This document shows positions 12,151 to 59,800 of a DNA stretch of 64,000 nt, one piece after another. Origin of the DNA: Eledone cirrhosa (Eukaryota); NCBI GenBank assembly GCA_964016885.1, contig OZ024762.1:7564001-7628000 (forward strand), given 5' to 3'. The first letter of the stretch is position 1; each line of letters begins with the position of its first letter. The translations under genes and the position numbers were made by a program. The notes beneath the pieces are model-generated. The model was not told the DNA's origin, ran no database searches, and saw nothing but the letters and a program-made list of their open reading frames with translations.

Positions 12151-12700
12151 CGCCGGGATCATCTGCTCGAGGCCTGCCTCAGCCGAGCCCCCTCTGCCTA
12201 CCTGTCATATGGAGCCCTGAGCATGTTCCTAGCTGCTGATACGGTCATACTCTCGGGTACTGGGGTCCAACAGGGCGACCCTTTGGGACCCCTCCTGTTC
12301 GCCCTTGGCATTGACCACATCGCCCGGAGTATCACGGCCCCTCTCAATGTTTGGTATCTGGATGATGCTACGTTGGGCGGGCCCGTACGGACGGTCTGCC
12401 ATGACCTTCAATCGGTGGTTCCTGCCCTGGCGGGAATCGGCCTCCAGGTCAACGTCAGCCTCGATGCTGCGAGCTTTGCAGCCTCCGTCTTCGACGTGGG
12501 GTCCATTCTCCACCAGGTTCAGGTGACCCCCAAAGAGAATGTCCTCACCCTCGGGTCACCGCCAGCCATCCGCTCCAGACTCTCACGAGCTAACTGGGCT
12601 TGATTGACGGCCACCCAGCTCTCTTTCTGCTGAGGAACTGCTTCGCCATGCCGAAGCTCCTCTATACACTCCGCAGCGCTCCATGCTACAGCCAGACATC
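12151..12700 (+). mobile_element. Non-LTR retrotransposon reverse-transcriptase fragment (CRE-like/early-branching clade)
   Basis: GVQQGDPLGPLLFALGI and WYLDDATLGG RT motifs; shifted frame continues HPALFLLRNCFAMPKLLYTLRSAPCY. Visibly GC-rich and starts directly after a (TA)n run. Confidence 0.85.
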
Positions 12701-12919
12701 TCAGATAATTATGTAAGGTAAAGCCGTTACTGTGAAAATTCAATACTAAATATAGAGTAATGTCAATGTAAAAGGGTTGAACAATTAAAACTCGACAATA
12801 TTTCACATAACTCAATCCAAACTATTACAACCCGACATTTGCTAGGGAAAAAACTTAACATATGAACAGAATAATAGGCAGAAGCACACATTATACATGT
12901 CAAATATATATATTTATCT

Positions 12920-13311
12920 AAGGCAGGTGAAATTCCTGAGATCCATGGACAAGTTCTCTCCTGCAGTATCTGTCCATCATCATTGCTGCTATATCCTGCG
13001 TCTCCCTCTTCCAGTGTGTCCGTGTAGGGGCTTCCGCAAGACCAGTGAGCATGTCCAGCCAACCTCAGTCTCCTCTGTGTTACTTTTGAGCAGACTTTTG
13101 GGAGGCTCCCATACAGCTGTGAGTTCTGAAGAGGCTCCCACAGGACCACTGAGTGTAGTGTCAACTCTGAATGTCGGTGAGCATATCCAGCTAACCTCAG
13201 TTTCCTCTGTGTCACTTTTGAGCTGACGTTATATATATATATATATATATACGTAAAGTCAGCTCAAAAGTGACAGAGGAGACTGAGGTTAGCTGGATAT
13301 GCTCACCGACA
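12920..13311 (-). mobile_element. RTE-X-like LINE 3' fragments, partly duplicated and inverted across a (TA)n
   Basis: [24 protein letters not shown], same family as 26600-26910 and 59610-60090. 13172-13226 and ~13258-13311 are inverted copies. Confidence 0.8.
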
Positions 13312-13811
13312 TTGTTTTTCTGATGATTTGGTTAAGCATACATCGTATTTAAAATTGAGTGACACAACTTCAAGTGATTAGCAATTTTAAGACAACTTAA
13401 TCAATGAAACAATTGTTAATACTGTAAATAAAACCCTTCTTGTACTGTTGACCATGTTACTCTTCACTCTTTCACTATATATATATATATATAGGCTGTG
13501 ACTCAGTAAGGATTACTTAGCTAAATCTTTTATGTTGATAACTTCATGTCCCAAGTCACATTTAATCCACCCTACTCTAACACACTGACCACACATCACA
13601 CTATATACAACCAGCATACTGACCAGCCAAAACACTGTATATACCCAACACACTACACTATTCAATAACAAGTAAAAGTCAATATTCATAAATTTGTATT
13701 TATAGATATATACACTAAAAAAAAATAATTATACACATATATATATATACATATATATATATATATTCTCCATGTTTGCAGCTTGTGTGTCTGATTGCAA
13801 CAAACTGCACC

Positions 13812-46439
<32,628 letters not shown>

Positions 46440-46681
46440 CTTTATATATAATTATATATATATATTAATATATATTTATATGTACATCCACATGTATATA
46501 TATTGTATATATATTTATATATATTGTATATATATTATTGGCGTTTTGTAGGATGCAAGAAAGGGGAAGTCAAAATTTAGTTTGTAATCCAAGACACATG
46601 CGAGATTATATATACACATATATTGTATGCATATATATATATTTATATATACGTGTGTGTGTGTGTCTATTTATATGTATG

Positions 46682-46716
<35 letters not shown>

Positions 46717-46826
46717 ATCTGTTTATGTGTAAATTTACACAGGACCTGCGTAACTATATCTGTAAAATCTAAGCAGTGGTTAATGAGGCTTGGTAAATAA
46801 ACATATATACATACACCAAATCAGAA

Positions 46827-46860
<34 letters not shown>

Positions 46861-47091
46861 GTGTATAGAATATATAGACACAAATGTGTGTCTATATATT
46901 AACGTGTTGTGTTTTGTCACATAAGGGATGTATATATATATCTATCTATAAAGCTAAGTTAACTAATATATAAAGTCCTTAATTAAGGGTACTTGTGACT
47001 GTGTGGTATCTAACAGGTGTAATGGTTTGAGGCGAAAAGGCCCCAAATTTTAGAATGGTTCGGTGTTAAAAGACTAACACTAACATAGAAG

Positions 47092-47100
47092 AAATGGCGC
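47092..47100 (-). promoter_or_regulatory. YY1-like motif, candidate DDX43 promoter region
   Basis: Minus strand GCGCCATTT ~650 bp upstream of the ATG; a candidate 5' UTR acceptor TTTTACAG lies near 46760. Confidence 0.3.
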
Positions 47101-47139
47101 TACACACCGGTTTGTATAGTGTTGTAGTGGGAGTATGGG

Positions 47140-47575
47140 ACGGGAGGAGAGGGCGGAAACAGAGTAAGAGATACAGGAGAGGGGTAGTAGAAATGGAGTA
47201 AGAGATATATGAGAGGTTCATAGAAACAGAGTAAGAGATAGTAGAGAGGGGTAGTAGAAAGGAAGTAAGGGATATGTGAAAGGTTGATAGATAAAGATAC
47301 AAGTGAGGGGGATAGAAGGAGAGTAAAAGATACAAGAGAGGGTGATAGCAAGGAAATAAGAGATACAAGAGAAAGGGGGGTAGAAAGAGAGTAAGATACG
47401 CTAGAGAGGGTAGTAGAAAGAGTGTAAGAGATAGATAGAGGGTGGCAGAAAGAGAGTAAGAGATAGATAGAGGGTGGCAGAAAGAGAGTAAGAGATAGAT
47501 AGAGGGTGGCAGAAAGAGAGTAAGAGATAGATAGAGGGTGTCAGAAAGAGAATAAGAGATACAAGAGAGTAGGAG
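47140..47575. repeat. Purine-rich ~31-bp degenerate tandem repeat
   Basis: Units such as gagtaagagatagatagagggtggcagaaaga. Confidence 0.85.
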
Positions 47576-48759
47576 AAAAATAAAAAAGTAAATGAAAACA
47601 GGGGAGGTAATAAGCTAAGCTGAGTTGCCTCCCATGTTCGATTTGTTTGCCAAATGTGTCAGATTGTTTTGTCCCCTTTCAATTATAATTCCACTGAGGC
47701 GACGAAGTGGAAGAGGTGTTAAAAACGTCGGATAAGGTATTCGTTTCGGGTGTCAGTTCTTTGAGTTGAAATCCCGCCTAGGTCAACCTCGCCTTTCATC
47801 CTTTTAAGATCGATAAAAAGTGCCAGTCTAGTACTAGGGTCAACCTTGCTTTTCACTTTTTTGAGGTCCATAAAAAAAGTACTAGTCTAATACTGTAGTC
47901 AAACTTTGCCTTTCATCCTTTCGAGATCGATAAAAAAGTACCAGTCAAGTACTGGATCAATTCTTACACTATATATCTTCCTCACTCTCTCTATCCTTCT
48001 CTGGAAGAAATCTGCTGTAATCAGACCTGAGGAGGAGATGGGCTCCACCAGATTTTTAAAGAGCCCTAGAAACACCGTACGTCAATATGGTACTCCTACA
48101 AATTCCCCAGGAGTTACGGACCAATGCACACATGCATGCATTATAATTCCATTGGAAGAGTCGTAAAAAACGTTGGTTAGGAATGCGTTGTGGTATTCGT
48201 TCCGGCTCTTTGAGCCTCGAGTGGTATTCGTTCCGGCTCTTTGCGCCTCGATTTCATCCTTGCCTTTCATCTTTCCTTTAAACTTTGCCTTTAATCCTTT
48301 CGTGGTCGATGAAAAAAATAATAATAATAATAATGAGGCCCTGTGCTAGTTAAGTTATGAAACCCCTTACTTAGGCTCTGAAGGAGGTAGGCCCGGTAGA
48401 ACAAAATATTTGGGGGCAGAAAATGGGCTCTCCTGGGTAACGGGGTCCTGGGCTTAAGCACACCTAAGCACAATGGCAAAATACTGGGGGTAGATTCTTC
48501 TTCTATATCTCTTTTTCATTCCCTCTCTATCACCCACTGTCTCTGTCTCCTGAAGAAATCGACTGGGTTTATCCATTAACACGTGTAGCAGAGTCAATCA
48601 TAACACACATACACACAGACAGAGTTCTCTCTCTCCCTCCCTCTCGCTCTTGTATAAACTCAGCCCCGCCTCTCATAAACCCGGTCGCCCTCAATATGCC
48701 CAAATTAGAAACCAATTTTTAGCGTCCTAGGCAATGCGCGTCTCCTTTCTCCCTCACAC

Positions 48760-49782
48760 AACCCCCCCTCTCGTGTAAACAAACAACCTCCCCCTTTCTC
48801 ATATAAACAACCTCCTCCTTCCATTTAAATATACAACTTCTCTCTCGTGTAAACAACCTCCCCCTCTCTCATTTAAACAACAACCTCTCGCTCTCTCTCA
48901 TATATACAGACAACACCCCTCTCATTTAAACATACAACCTCTCTCTCTCTCTCTCTCTCCCTCATATAAGCACCATTTCTCTCACTCTCACAAACTACGC
49001 ATCTACCTCCTTTACTATCTTTCTCACTTTTTCTCCTCCTTCTCCTATGCTCATACATATACCCTCTCTCTCTTACTGTTCCCTTACCCTCTCTACTGAG
49101 ACCCCCCCTTCTCCCATGTTAATACATATACCCTTTCTCACTCACACACTCTACACTGTTCTCTTACCCTCTCTACTGATACCCCTCCTTCTCCCATACT
49201 CATACATATACCCTTTTTCTCTCGCTTACACTCTCTACGTTGTTCTCTTACCCTCTCTAATCCCGCATAGACACACTAATACAATAACATACGCATACTC
49301 CTCTCCCTATAGTTATACATATACTCTTTCTCTCTCTTACTCACACGCACCACGCTGTTCTCTTACCCTCTCTATTCTCACTCATTTTCTCCTGGTAATA
49401 CATTTACTCTATCTCTATCGCTCACGAGCACTGCGTTGTTCTCTTTCTCTCACTCACACGCACTGCCTTGTTCTCTTACTCTCTCTACTTTCCTGCTCAT
49501 ATATTTACTCTATCTCTCTCACTTGCACGCACAACTGTTCTCTTACCCTCTCTACTGTCACTCCCCCTCCTCTTCTGGTTATACATCTACTCTCTCTTAC
49601 CCTCTCTACTATCCCTTCTCTCCCCTCCCGTGCTCATATATCTACTCTTTCTCTCTCATTCACACGCACTGCTTTGCTCTCTTACCCTCTCTACTGTCCA
49701 TTCTCCCTCCTCCCATGCTCATACATCTACTCTCTCTCGCTCACTCACACGCACGCACAACCTTATTCTCTTACCCTCTCTA
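48760..49782. repeat. Pyrimidine-rich degenerate tandem repeat
   Basis: Recurrent ctgttctcttaccctctctac units. Confidence 0.85.
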
Positions 49783-50918
49783 AACATTCGTAAAAATCAG
49801 CTTTATATCTCCGCCATAATGTCCTAGCCAAAACCATACGGACTAGGAGCAGCTGCGCTGCACAAGCGACTCTACCGTTGATTATCATTGTAATAACAAT
49901 AATAACAACAATAATAATTGTGGAACCCCCATTCCTCGTCCCCTTTGCATCCAGTTTCTCCCGCCAACGCCAACTCCAACATCAAACTACATCTATATTA
50001 TAAATCCATCCGATTTACTTTAAAAGTCGACACACTACTATACAGTCCAGCACTAGCCACAATTCCGTCAATTATTTCAACCTAACCTCTTGCAAAATCG
50101 ACAAGTATTTCGATTCTCGCCAACATAAACACAACAACAACAAATACAACAACAACAACAACTACTACTACAACAACAACTACTACAACGAATCGATCTG
50201 AAATTTAAAAGAATGTTTTATTATATTTTTTCTTTTGTGATTTTTTTGGACTCTGAAAGATTATAAAAAAAACACGAGAGAAGCCGAAAAACACACACAC
50301 ACACACACACACAAATCCAGCATCCAGCATCCTGCATCCTGCATCATTATTTAGTCGCAGACTAAAAGGACAAGACAAGATAAGCAAATCACCAAAACTA
50401 CTGGCACCACCACCACCACCACCCTGTCTTTCCTTCGTCACATTTCCATTTTCAGTCCTCTGTTTATTTTCTTCAGTCTATCATATTGTATATTTCACCG
50501 TCTCTCTCACCACCATCACGCACCTGTCATATGCCATTATAAACCGTATACACACACACACACATATATATATATAATATTAATGATTCTCCAGAAAAAA
50601 TCTTGTTGAGTGCTTCTAATCTGTTGTAAAATTAACTTTGTTGAATAATCAACAAATCAAATAACTTATTGTTTATACGTATATATATATATATATATGT
50701 ATATATAGAGAGAGAGATAGATATAGATATATATGTGTGTTCATTTTATCAAGGCTAAATAAGTGAGGTTTTGTTTGTGTCTCAGGAGTTTCACCTGGTT
50801 TTTGAGTACTGAATAATAATAACAAGGCTGCCTATTTAGCCATTTAGCCTTAAATAAAATGAATATTTAAACTCTAGTTCGGTATTGAGTACCCTTTTCT
50901 CTCTCGGTCATCAACTAT

Positions 50919-50992
<74 letters not shown>

Positions 50993-51106
50993 AACCTTTA
51001 TATATCATATAAACGCATTGAGCTGTTCCCTTTTCTTAAAAACTAGAAATTATATACTATCATTTTAATTCTCTATTTCCCCTGAGAATTAATATAGTTC
51101 TACCTT

Positions 51107-51156
<50 letters not shown>

Positions 51157-51431
51157 TCGTCTTCATCTTTGCATCATCATCATCATCATCATCGTCGTTT
51201 AGTTCGGCCTAGTGTGTCTACTGGCCGGCCAACATCGTCTAATTATTGATGTCTAATCGAAGATATCTTTTCTGGATTCCACCAAACCGAGGAACACGGA
51301 GACTGAATAGAAATCACAGACGAGGAAAACAAACGAAACATTGAAAGATTTGACCAAAGACTGATTTTTATTTAATTCTTATTTCTAAAGCTATTTCAAA
51401 GCTATATTTGGTCAAAGCTACACACACACAG

Positions 51432-51507
<76 letters not shown>

Positions 51508-51519
51508 ATACACACATAC

Positions 51520-51595
<76 letters not shown>

Positions 51596-51875
51596 CAGAT
51601 TTAATATAGAACTGGTTTACACAGGACTAGAACTGTTTCATTCGAAATCTATTGTATTCACTCTACTAATGTATTGAGTACCTTGCCTACTGTGGTTACC
51701 CCCGATTGAACCCGGGACTCACATATAACATATATATATATATATAATTGTATCTATATCTATCTATCTATATATATATATATATATTTCGTAATTATTA
51801 CTATTACTATTACAGTTAAAAATCTCGCTCCACTTCTTCTCTCACCCCTTCGTTGTATATATCTATATTTCTGTA

Positions 51876-51934
<59 letters not shown>

Positions 51935-51979
51935 TATATATAATATATTTCTGTATATATAAATATATATACATGTACC

Positions 51980-52049
51980 ATGGCGATATTTGTTCATCTC
52001 TACAGTTTCCTCATCCTTGTGCTGTGTTGTATGATCTTGTTTACGGACG
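51980..52049 (+). CDS. FN3-TM gene exon 1 (signal peptide)
   Basis: Kozak ACCATGG, hydrophobic core, donor gtaagt. Confidence 0.75.
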
Positions 52050-55000
52050 GTAAGTTTTTAACATAGACTCATTATATACGCATACGTCTATACACATCGG
52101 CATTGCATGTAATGCATACATACATACATACATACATACATACATACATACATACTCACACACACACCCCCTCTCACATATATATACGCTCCTATAGACA
52201 GCGGCATTACATGTAATACATACATATATATACATACATACTCACACACACACACTCTTACACATACATACATACATACATACTCACACACACACGCACA
52301 CATACATACACTCCTATAGACAGCGGCATTACATGTAATACATACATATATATACATACATACATACATACATACTCACACACTCTTACACATACATACA
52401 TATATATATACATACATACATACATACACTCCTATAGACAGCGGCATTACATACATACACACACACACATACATATACTTCTTTAGATATCTGCATTACA
52501 TGTAATTTTTACATACATACATACATATATACATACTCACACGCACACATACATATATACACTCACACACTCTCACACATACATACACTTCTATAGACAT
52601 CGGCTTTACATATATACATACACATACACTATCACACATACACTATCATACATACACTATCATACATACACTATCACACATACACTATCACACATACACT
52701 ATCATACATACACTATCACACATACACTATCATACATACACACGCTCACACAGACACATATACTCTCTCTAACACATACATACACATACCTATATTAATT
52801 TATTGAGCCGCTCAATAAATTAATATACCACCTCTATTTCACGTATTGAGTACTCTAATTGGTTTTATTTTAACGATTTTCCCCTCAACAATTACACATA
52901 TATATATGTATGTGTATATGTGTCTGTATATATGTGTGTATGTATATATATAATATAGATATATACATATATAGAAATGGCTTCTACAGGACTAGAACTG
53001 TTTCATTCAAAGGAAAAATCATCATGGGCTTTCCTGATGATTTCCTTCGAATGAAACAGTTCTAGTCCTGTAGAAATCATTTCCATATTAAATTTTGTTG
53101 TATACACTCTATTGATGTATTGAGTACCTTACTGTAGTTACCCCCGATTGAACCCGGGACTTACATATATGTATATATATGTGTGTATGTATGTAGTATA
53201 TGCGTGTGTATGTATGTATATATATATATAAAGATATGTGTGAATTACATACATACACAGCTACGCCGCCACTTATTCAGTGGCACTCGCTTACTATAAT
53301 CGCAAATAATGTTACCACCCGGTTATTGTTATCAGAATTAGTGTCCCAAACACCCTTTATTTGCTTAATGTTACCAACCGGTTATTGTTATCAAAATTAG
53401 TGTCCCAAACTTTTGCCTAGTCAACCGGTTATTGTTATCAGAATTAGTGTCTTAAACGCCCATTTGTTTAATGTTATCAACCGGTTATTGTTATCAAAAT
53501 TAGTGTCCCAAACCCCCTTTAATTGCCTAGTGTTATCAACCGGTTATTGTTATCAAGATTAGTGTCTTAATCGCCCATTTGTTTAATGTTATCAACTGGT
53601 TATTGTTATCAAAATTAGTGTCCCAAACCCCCTTTAATAGTCTGTTATCAAATTTAGTGTCCCAAACCCCCTTTAATTGCCTAATGTTATCAACCGGTTA
53701 TTGTTATCAAATTTAGTGTCCCAAACCCCCTTTAATTGCCTAATGTTATCAACCAGTTATTGTGCCAAGGTAAAGGTAGAAACTACTGTTGTTGTTAATG
53801 TATTTGGCAGAATCGATGGAGCTTCGCACAAAATGTCACTTGGTGGGGGGGGGGGGAGGGGGGGAGAAGAGAAGGGGATATTTTATTTCAGCCGTGTACG
53901 TTCCTGAGTTGAAACCCTACCGAGGTCAACTTTGCCTTTCATCCTTCCAAGGGGGTCACTAAAATAAAGTACTGTTGCCCTCTCCTCTCCCTTTACTCCA
54001 CTTCACACCAATGTGTGGCCTTGGGTCTGTGTTAGGAACCACTGTTAACCAGACTGTGTGATAGATTGCTCAGCCCTTTGCTGGATTCACCATTGTGCTT
54101 AGTTGTGCTTAAGCACAGGAACCCATTGGCCAGGAGGGGGCTCCATCTTCCTGCCTTCAAATTGTTTTGCTTTCTTTAGGGCCCAAGTAAGGGGCCTCAT
54201 AACTTAACTAACACAGGGCCTCATTTGTCCTAAATCCAGTACTACCCTGTTATGACCATATTTCCAATGAAATACACTCTATTGAAATACACTATAATTT
54301 ATTAAAATTATAATTATTTCATTACTAAGATAGTAACTTAATGTAAGGTTCTTATATAAAATTATGTTGGGAGATTTTAATATAAATTGGGAACCTTTAA
54401 AATGCGTGGTTTTATTTCATAGAACCAGAGCTGGTTTTGGTTGGGTTACTAACTAAAGGGTTCATAGTAGGTTCTTATATAAAATTATGTTGGGAGATTT
54501 TAATATAAATTGGGAACCTTTAAAATGCGTGGTTTTATTTCATAGAACCAGAGCTGGTTTTGGTTGGGTTACTAACTAAAGGGTTAATAGTAGGTTCTTA
54601 TATAAAATTATGTTGGGAGATTTTAATATAAATTGGGAACCTTTAAAATGCGTGGTTTTATTTCATAGAACCAGAGCTGGTTTTGGTTGGGTTACTAACT
54701 AAAGGGTTAATAGTAGGTTCTTATATAAAATTATGTTGGGAGATTTTAATATAAATTGGGAACCTTTAAAATGCGTGGTTTTATTTCATAGAACCAGAGC
54801 TGGTTTTGGTTGGGTTGCTAACTAAAGGGTTAATAGTAGGTTCTTATATAAAATTATGTTGGGAGATTTTAATATAAATTGGGAACCTTTAAAATGCGTG
54901 GTTTTATTTCATAGAACCAGAGCTGGTTTTGGTTGGGTTGCTAACTAAAGGGTTAATAGTAGGTTCTTATATAAAATTATGTTGGGAGATTTTAATTTAA

Positions 55001-56194
55001 ATTGGGAACCTTTAAAATTGTAAGAGTGGCACCATTTTATACATGTTTAGGGCACTAAAGGGAATGTTTAGGGCATTGCAAGGAAGAATTATTATTATTG
55101 TGTATGTCTCTCTGTCTGTCTGTCTGTATGTCTATCTGTCTGTCTGTCTGTCTGTCTGTTTACCTACCTATCTATCCATCTATCTATCCCCTTTGTATTT
55201 GTCCCCTTCTTTTGTGCCCCTGTGGCTAAGTCTGTTTACCTACCTACCTATCTATCTATCTATCTATCTATCTACCCCCTTTGTATTTGTCCCCTTTTGT
55301 GCCCCTGTGGCTAATAAAGAAACATATCTATCTATCTATCTATCTACCTATACACACAGACACACACACAGGGTGTCCCAAAAATGTCTACACACTTCAA
55401 CAGCAATCTAATAAAAGTATGTATAGATTTTTTCGGGACACCCTGTATATATATATATATATACACACACACATACACACATATATACACGTATATATAT
55501 ACATATATAAACACACACACACATATATATATATATAGTTTAATAAATAAACAGAACAAAAATCAGAGAGGCAGTACAAATGATATTAGTATTAGTTTCA
55601 CGCTTGAGGGTGAGGGAGGAGGGACGTTTCGGGCATAAGCCCTTCATCAGGAGAAGAGTGGGTAGGAAGAGAGTTCCGAGGGTGTGTGGGGGGAGTGGTG
55701 GAAAGACATTTTAAAAAATAAGGAGGGGGGAGTAAAGGGATGTGTGTGTTTGTTTCACAAGATTCTTGATAGGAAACCATCCCACGATCCCCACCCCACC
55801 TTCTTCCCACACAATGCCCCCTACCACCACCACCACCATGTAGTCCACCAATTGATACCATTCCACCGACTTGTTCACTATTGATGACTACAGCCATCAC
55901 GTGCACCAAACTGGTGTCAGCTGCACCTTTGCACATGTCGAACTGACTACGTCTCTCTCTCTCTCTCTCCTATCTATTTATCTCTCTCTATATCTGTCTA
56001 TCTATCTCTCTCTCTATATATATATATCTGTCTGTCTCTCTATCTCTCTCTCTATATATATATCTGTCTGTCTCTATCTCTCTCTCTATATATATATATC
56101 TGTCTATCTCTCTCTCTCTCTCTATCTCTCTATATATATATCTGTCTGTCTCTCTCTCTCTCTATCTCTCTCTCTCTATATATATATCTGTCTG

Positions 56195-56229
<35 letters not shown>

Positions 56230-56304
56230 CTGTCTGTCTATCTCTCTCTCTCTCTATATATATATATATCTGTCTGTCTCTCTCTCTCTCTATATATATA
56301 TATA

Positions 56305-56365
<61 letters not shown>

Positions 56366-56424
56366 CTGTCTGTCTCTCTCTCTCTATATATATATATCTG
56401 TCTGTCTCTCTCTCTCTCTATATA

Positions 56425-56485
<61 letters not shown>

Positions 56486-56612
56486 CTGTCTGTCTCTCTC
56501 TCTATATATATATATATCTGTCTGTCTATCTCTCTCTCTCTATATATATATATATATCTGTCTGTCTGTCTATCTCTCTCTCTCTATATATATATATATA
56601 TCTGTCTGTCTG

Positions 56613-56661
<49 letters not shown>

Positions 56662-56666
56662 GTCTG

Positions 56667-56713
<47 letters not shown>

Positions 56714-56752
56714 TCATCATCATACATCCGCTTTTCCCTGCTTGCAAGGCTG

Positions 56753-56789
<37 letters not shown>

Positions 56790-56797
56790 CCTATTTG

Positions 56798-56857
<60 letters not shown>

Positions 56858-59800
56858 TAGGTAAATATATATATATATACCTATTTATATCTCTCTCTCT
56901 ATCTATCTCTCTATATCTATCTACTGTCTCTCTCTCTATATATATATATATATCTGTCCATCTCTCTCTCTCTATATATATATATATATCTGTTTCTCTC
57001 TTTATATCTCTCTCCCTCCCCCTCTCTCTGTCTGTCTGCATACGTGTGTGTGTGTTTGTGTATATGTATGTGTGTGTGTATCTGTCTGCATATGTATGTA
57101 TGTGTATCTGTCTGTATATATGTGTGTGTGTGTGTATGTGTGCCTGTCAGCATATGTGTATGTGTATCTGTCTGTATATATATGTGTGTGTGTATGTGTG
57201 CCTGTCAGCATATGTATGTGTATGTGTGTATCTGTCTGTATATATGTGTGTGTGTGTGTGTATGTGTGCCTGTCAGCATATGTATGTGTATCTGTCTGTA
57301 TATATATGTGTGTGTATGTGTGCCTGTCAGTATGTGTATGTGTGTATCTGTCTGTATATATGTGTGTGTGTATGTGTCTGGTGATAAAATGGCAGTCATA
57401 AAAACATTGGAATAAACACTTCAGTTCTCAGTGTTCTGAGTTCAAATCCCACCAAGGATCATATTTTACCTTTCAAGTCAATGAAATAAAGTACCAATCC
57501 TGGGGTGGGGGAGTGGAGGAATTTCTAAAGAGTCAGACAGTCAGCCCAGTGGTAAGGGTGCTGGACTTATGATCATAATGTCATGGGTTCATTTCCTGGG
57601 CTGGGTTATGTGTTGTGTTCTTGAGCAAAACATTTCATTTCACTTTGCTCCAGTGTACTCAGCTGTAAATGAGTACCTGTAATAGCTGGGGGTTTAACCC
57701 TGCGATGGACTGGTGTCCTGTCCAGGGGGGAGTCATGTACTCTCAATCGCTTCACGCCATGAAACCGGGATAAGCACTGGCCTAATGAGCCTTCTGGCTT
57801 AACCCTTTACCATTTACATTACTCTATATATACTACTGTATTTTCACAGTAAAGGCTTTACCTCACATAACATTTACATTACTCTATATATACTACTGTA
57901 TTTTCACAGTAAAGGCTTTACCTCACATAACATTTACATTACTCTATATATACTATTGTATTTTCACAGTAAAGGCTTTACCACACATAAAATCGAATCT
58001 ACAAGATTTTGGTATTATTTATTTTGAGATCAGTGCCTTAACCCTTTAGCATTTACCTTATTCTATATTTACTATTATATTTTCATGGTAAAGGCTTTAC
58101 CCCACATAATTATCTCACATAATATCGAAGCTATGGGATTTTGTTATTTATTTTGAGAACAATACCTTAATGTAGGTATAAGTGGCTGGTTATGGCTGGT
58201 TTGAACAGAAAGAGGAGAGAGATTTCTGGCCAGATACGGCCGGTTTGAATGCTGAAGGGTTAAGACAGTCTTTAGAGTTAGACAGACAAGATGCCCAGCG
58301 GGTGGTATCTCTTCCAGCTCTGTACCTTCAGAGTTTAAACCTCACTTCCAATTGAAGAATACTCATAACAGCGTTTTGTATTTTACTGTGGAAAATAATG
58401 GTTTCTGATTTAGGCACAAGGCCAACAATTTGGATGAGGGGAAAGTCCATTAAATTGACCCCAGTGCATTACTGATATTTTATTTTATTGATCTCTGTAA
58501 GGATGAAAGCTAAAGCTACCCTCCTCAGCTGTATTTGGATCTAGAATGTAAAGGGACGTAACTCCATGCAGCAAAGCACATCCGACACTCTACTAATTCT
58601 ACAGTCAACCCACTACCCTCTGTAAGCAGACAAAAATAATTTCTACTTTTGGCACAAGGCCAGCAATTACCCTTATGCATTACTGGTACTTTATTTTATC
58701 GACCCCATAAGGATGAAAAGCAAAGTTAACCTCGGCAGGATTTGAACTCAGAACGTAAAGGGCTATAACTCTATGCTGCAAAGGATGGTATCTGATGCTC
58801 TACCAATACTGCCACCTGCCGAGGTTAACTTTGCCTTTCATCCTTACGGGGTCGATAAAATAAAGTACCAGTAATACACTGGGTAATTGCTGGCCTTGTG
58901 CCAAAAGTAGAAATAATAATTATTATTATTATTTCATCCTTACGGGATCGATAAAATAAAGTACCAGTAATGTACTGGGTAATTACTGGCCTTGTGCCAA
59001 AAGTAGAAACAATTATTATTATTATTATTATTCATTATTTTCCATTATTTTTCCTAGGTCATCGGGATGGACGAAAATATGGAAAGGAAGATGAAGATTC
59101 TGACGATGATGGGGATCCATCACCAAACGATGGGTTACTTCAACTGAAAATCCTCGAAGTTAAACAAAATTCCGCTCTGTTCAGTTGGTTTTCTACAATT
59201 CCATCCAGGTCAGGTTTAGTGAAATGTGAAGTTGTGTCCACTCCAGATAAAAAGCAAGGGAAAGCCACCGAAATAAGGAACAGCCTTCCTACCAACTGGA
59301 CCCTTCTTCCTCTCAGTGAACTAGCCAATTCTACATGCTATTCCGTCTATATTTTCTGTTCCGTTGATACAGATGTTTTCAATTCAAACACTGTTCAGTT
59401 TATTACAGGTAATTTTAACAACACCTCTCTCTCGTTTAATTTACATTTCACCCCCAAATCATTTCTGTCTGGTTATTGTAAATCCTCCGCATTCACTGTG
59501 TTTCACATATCTCTGTATATATACTGCTATATACACTACATATCTCTGTATATACACTGCTATATCTCTCTATATATACTCTACTATATACACCACTCTA
59601 CTATATACAGTTTGAGATCGGTGTGGAAGTCGGACCTTCGTAAAGACCTGAAGATCAGTCTCTTCGTTGCTGTAGTGGAGTCTGCGCTGCTGTACGGGTC
59701 TGAGACTTGCACACTGCCCAAGAAACTCACTCAGATGGTGGATGGGTGCTACACGAGAATGCTGAGGATGGCTCTGAACATTAATCAGTATACACTGAGG

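Noticed and set aside
13319-13345. CTGATGA as a hammerhead core
   Set aside because: No stem II or GAAA follows; it belongs to a repeat also present at 2900-3070.
55871-57415. ORFs rich in YI/SL/CV (also 24911-25454, 49047-49827, 51408-52369, 15990-16350)
   Set aside because: They are translations of microsatellites and low-complexity DNA.
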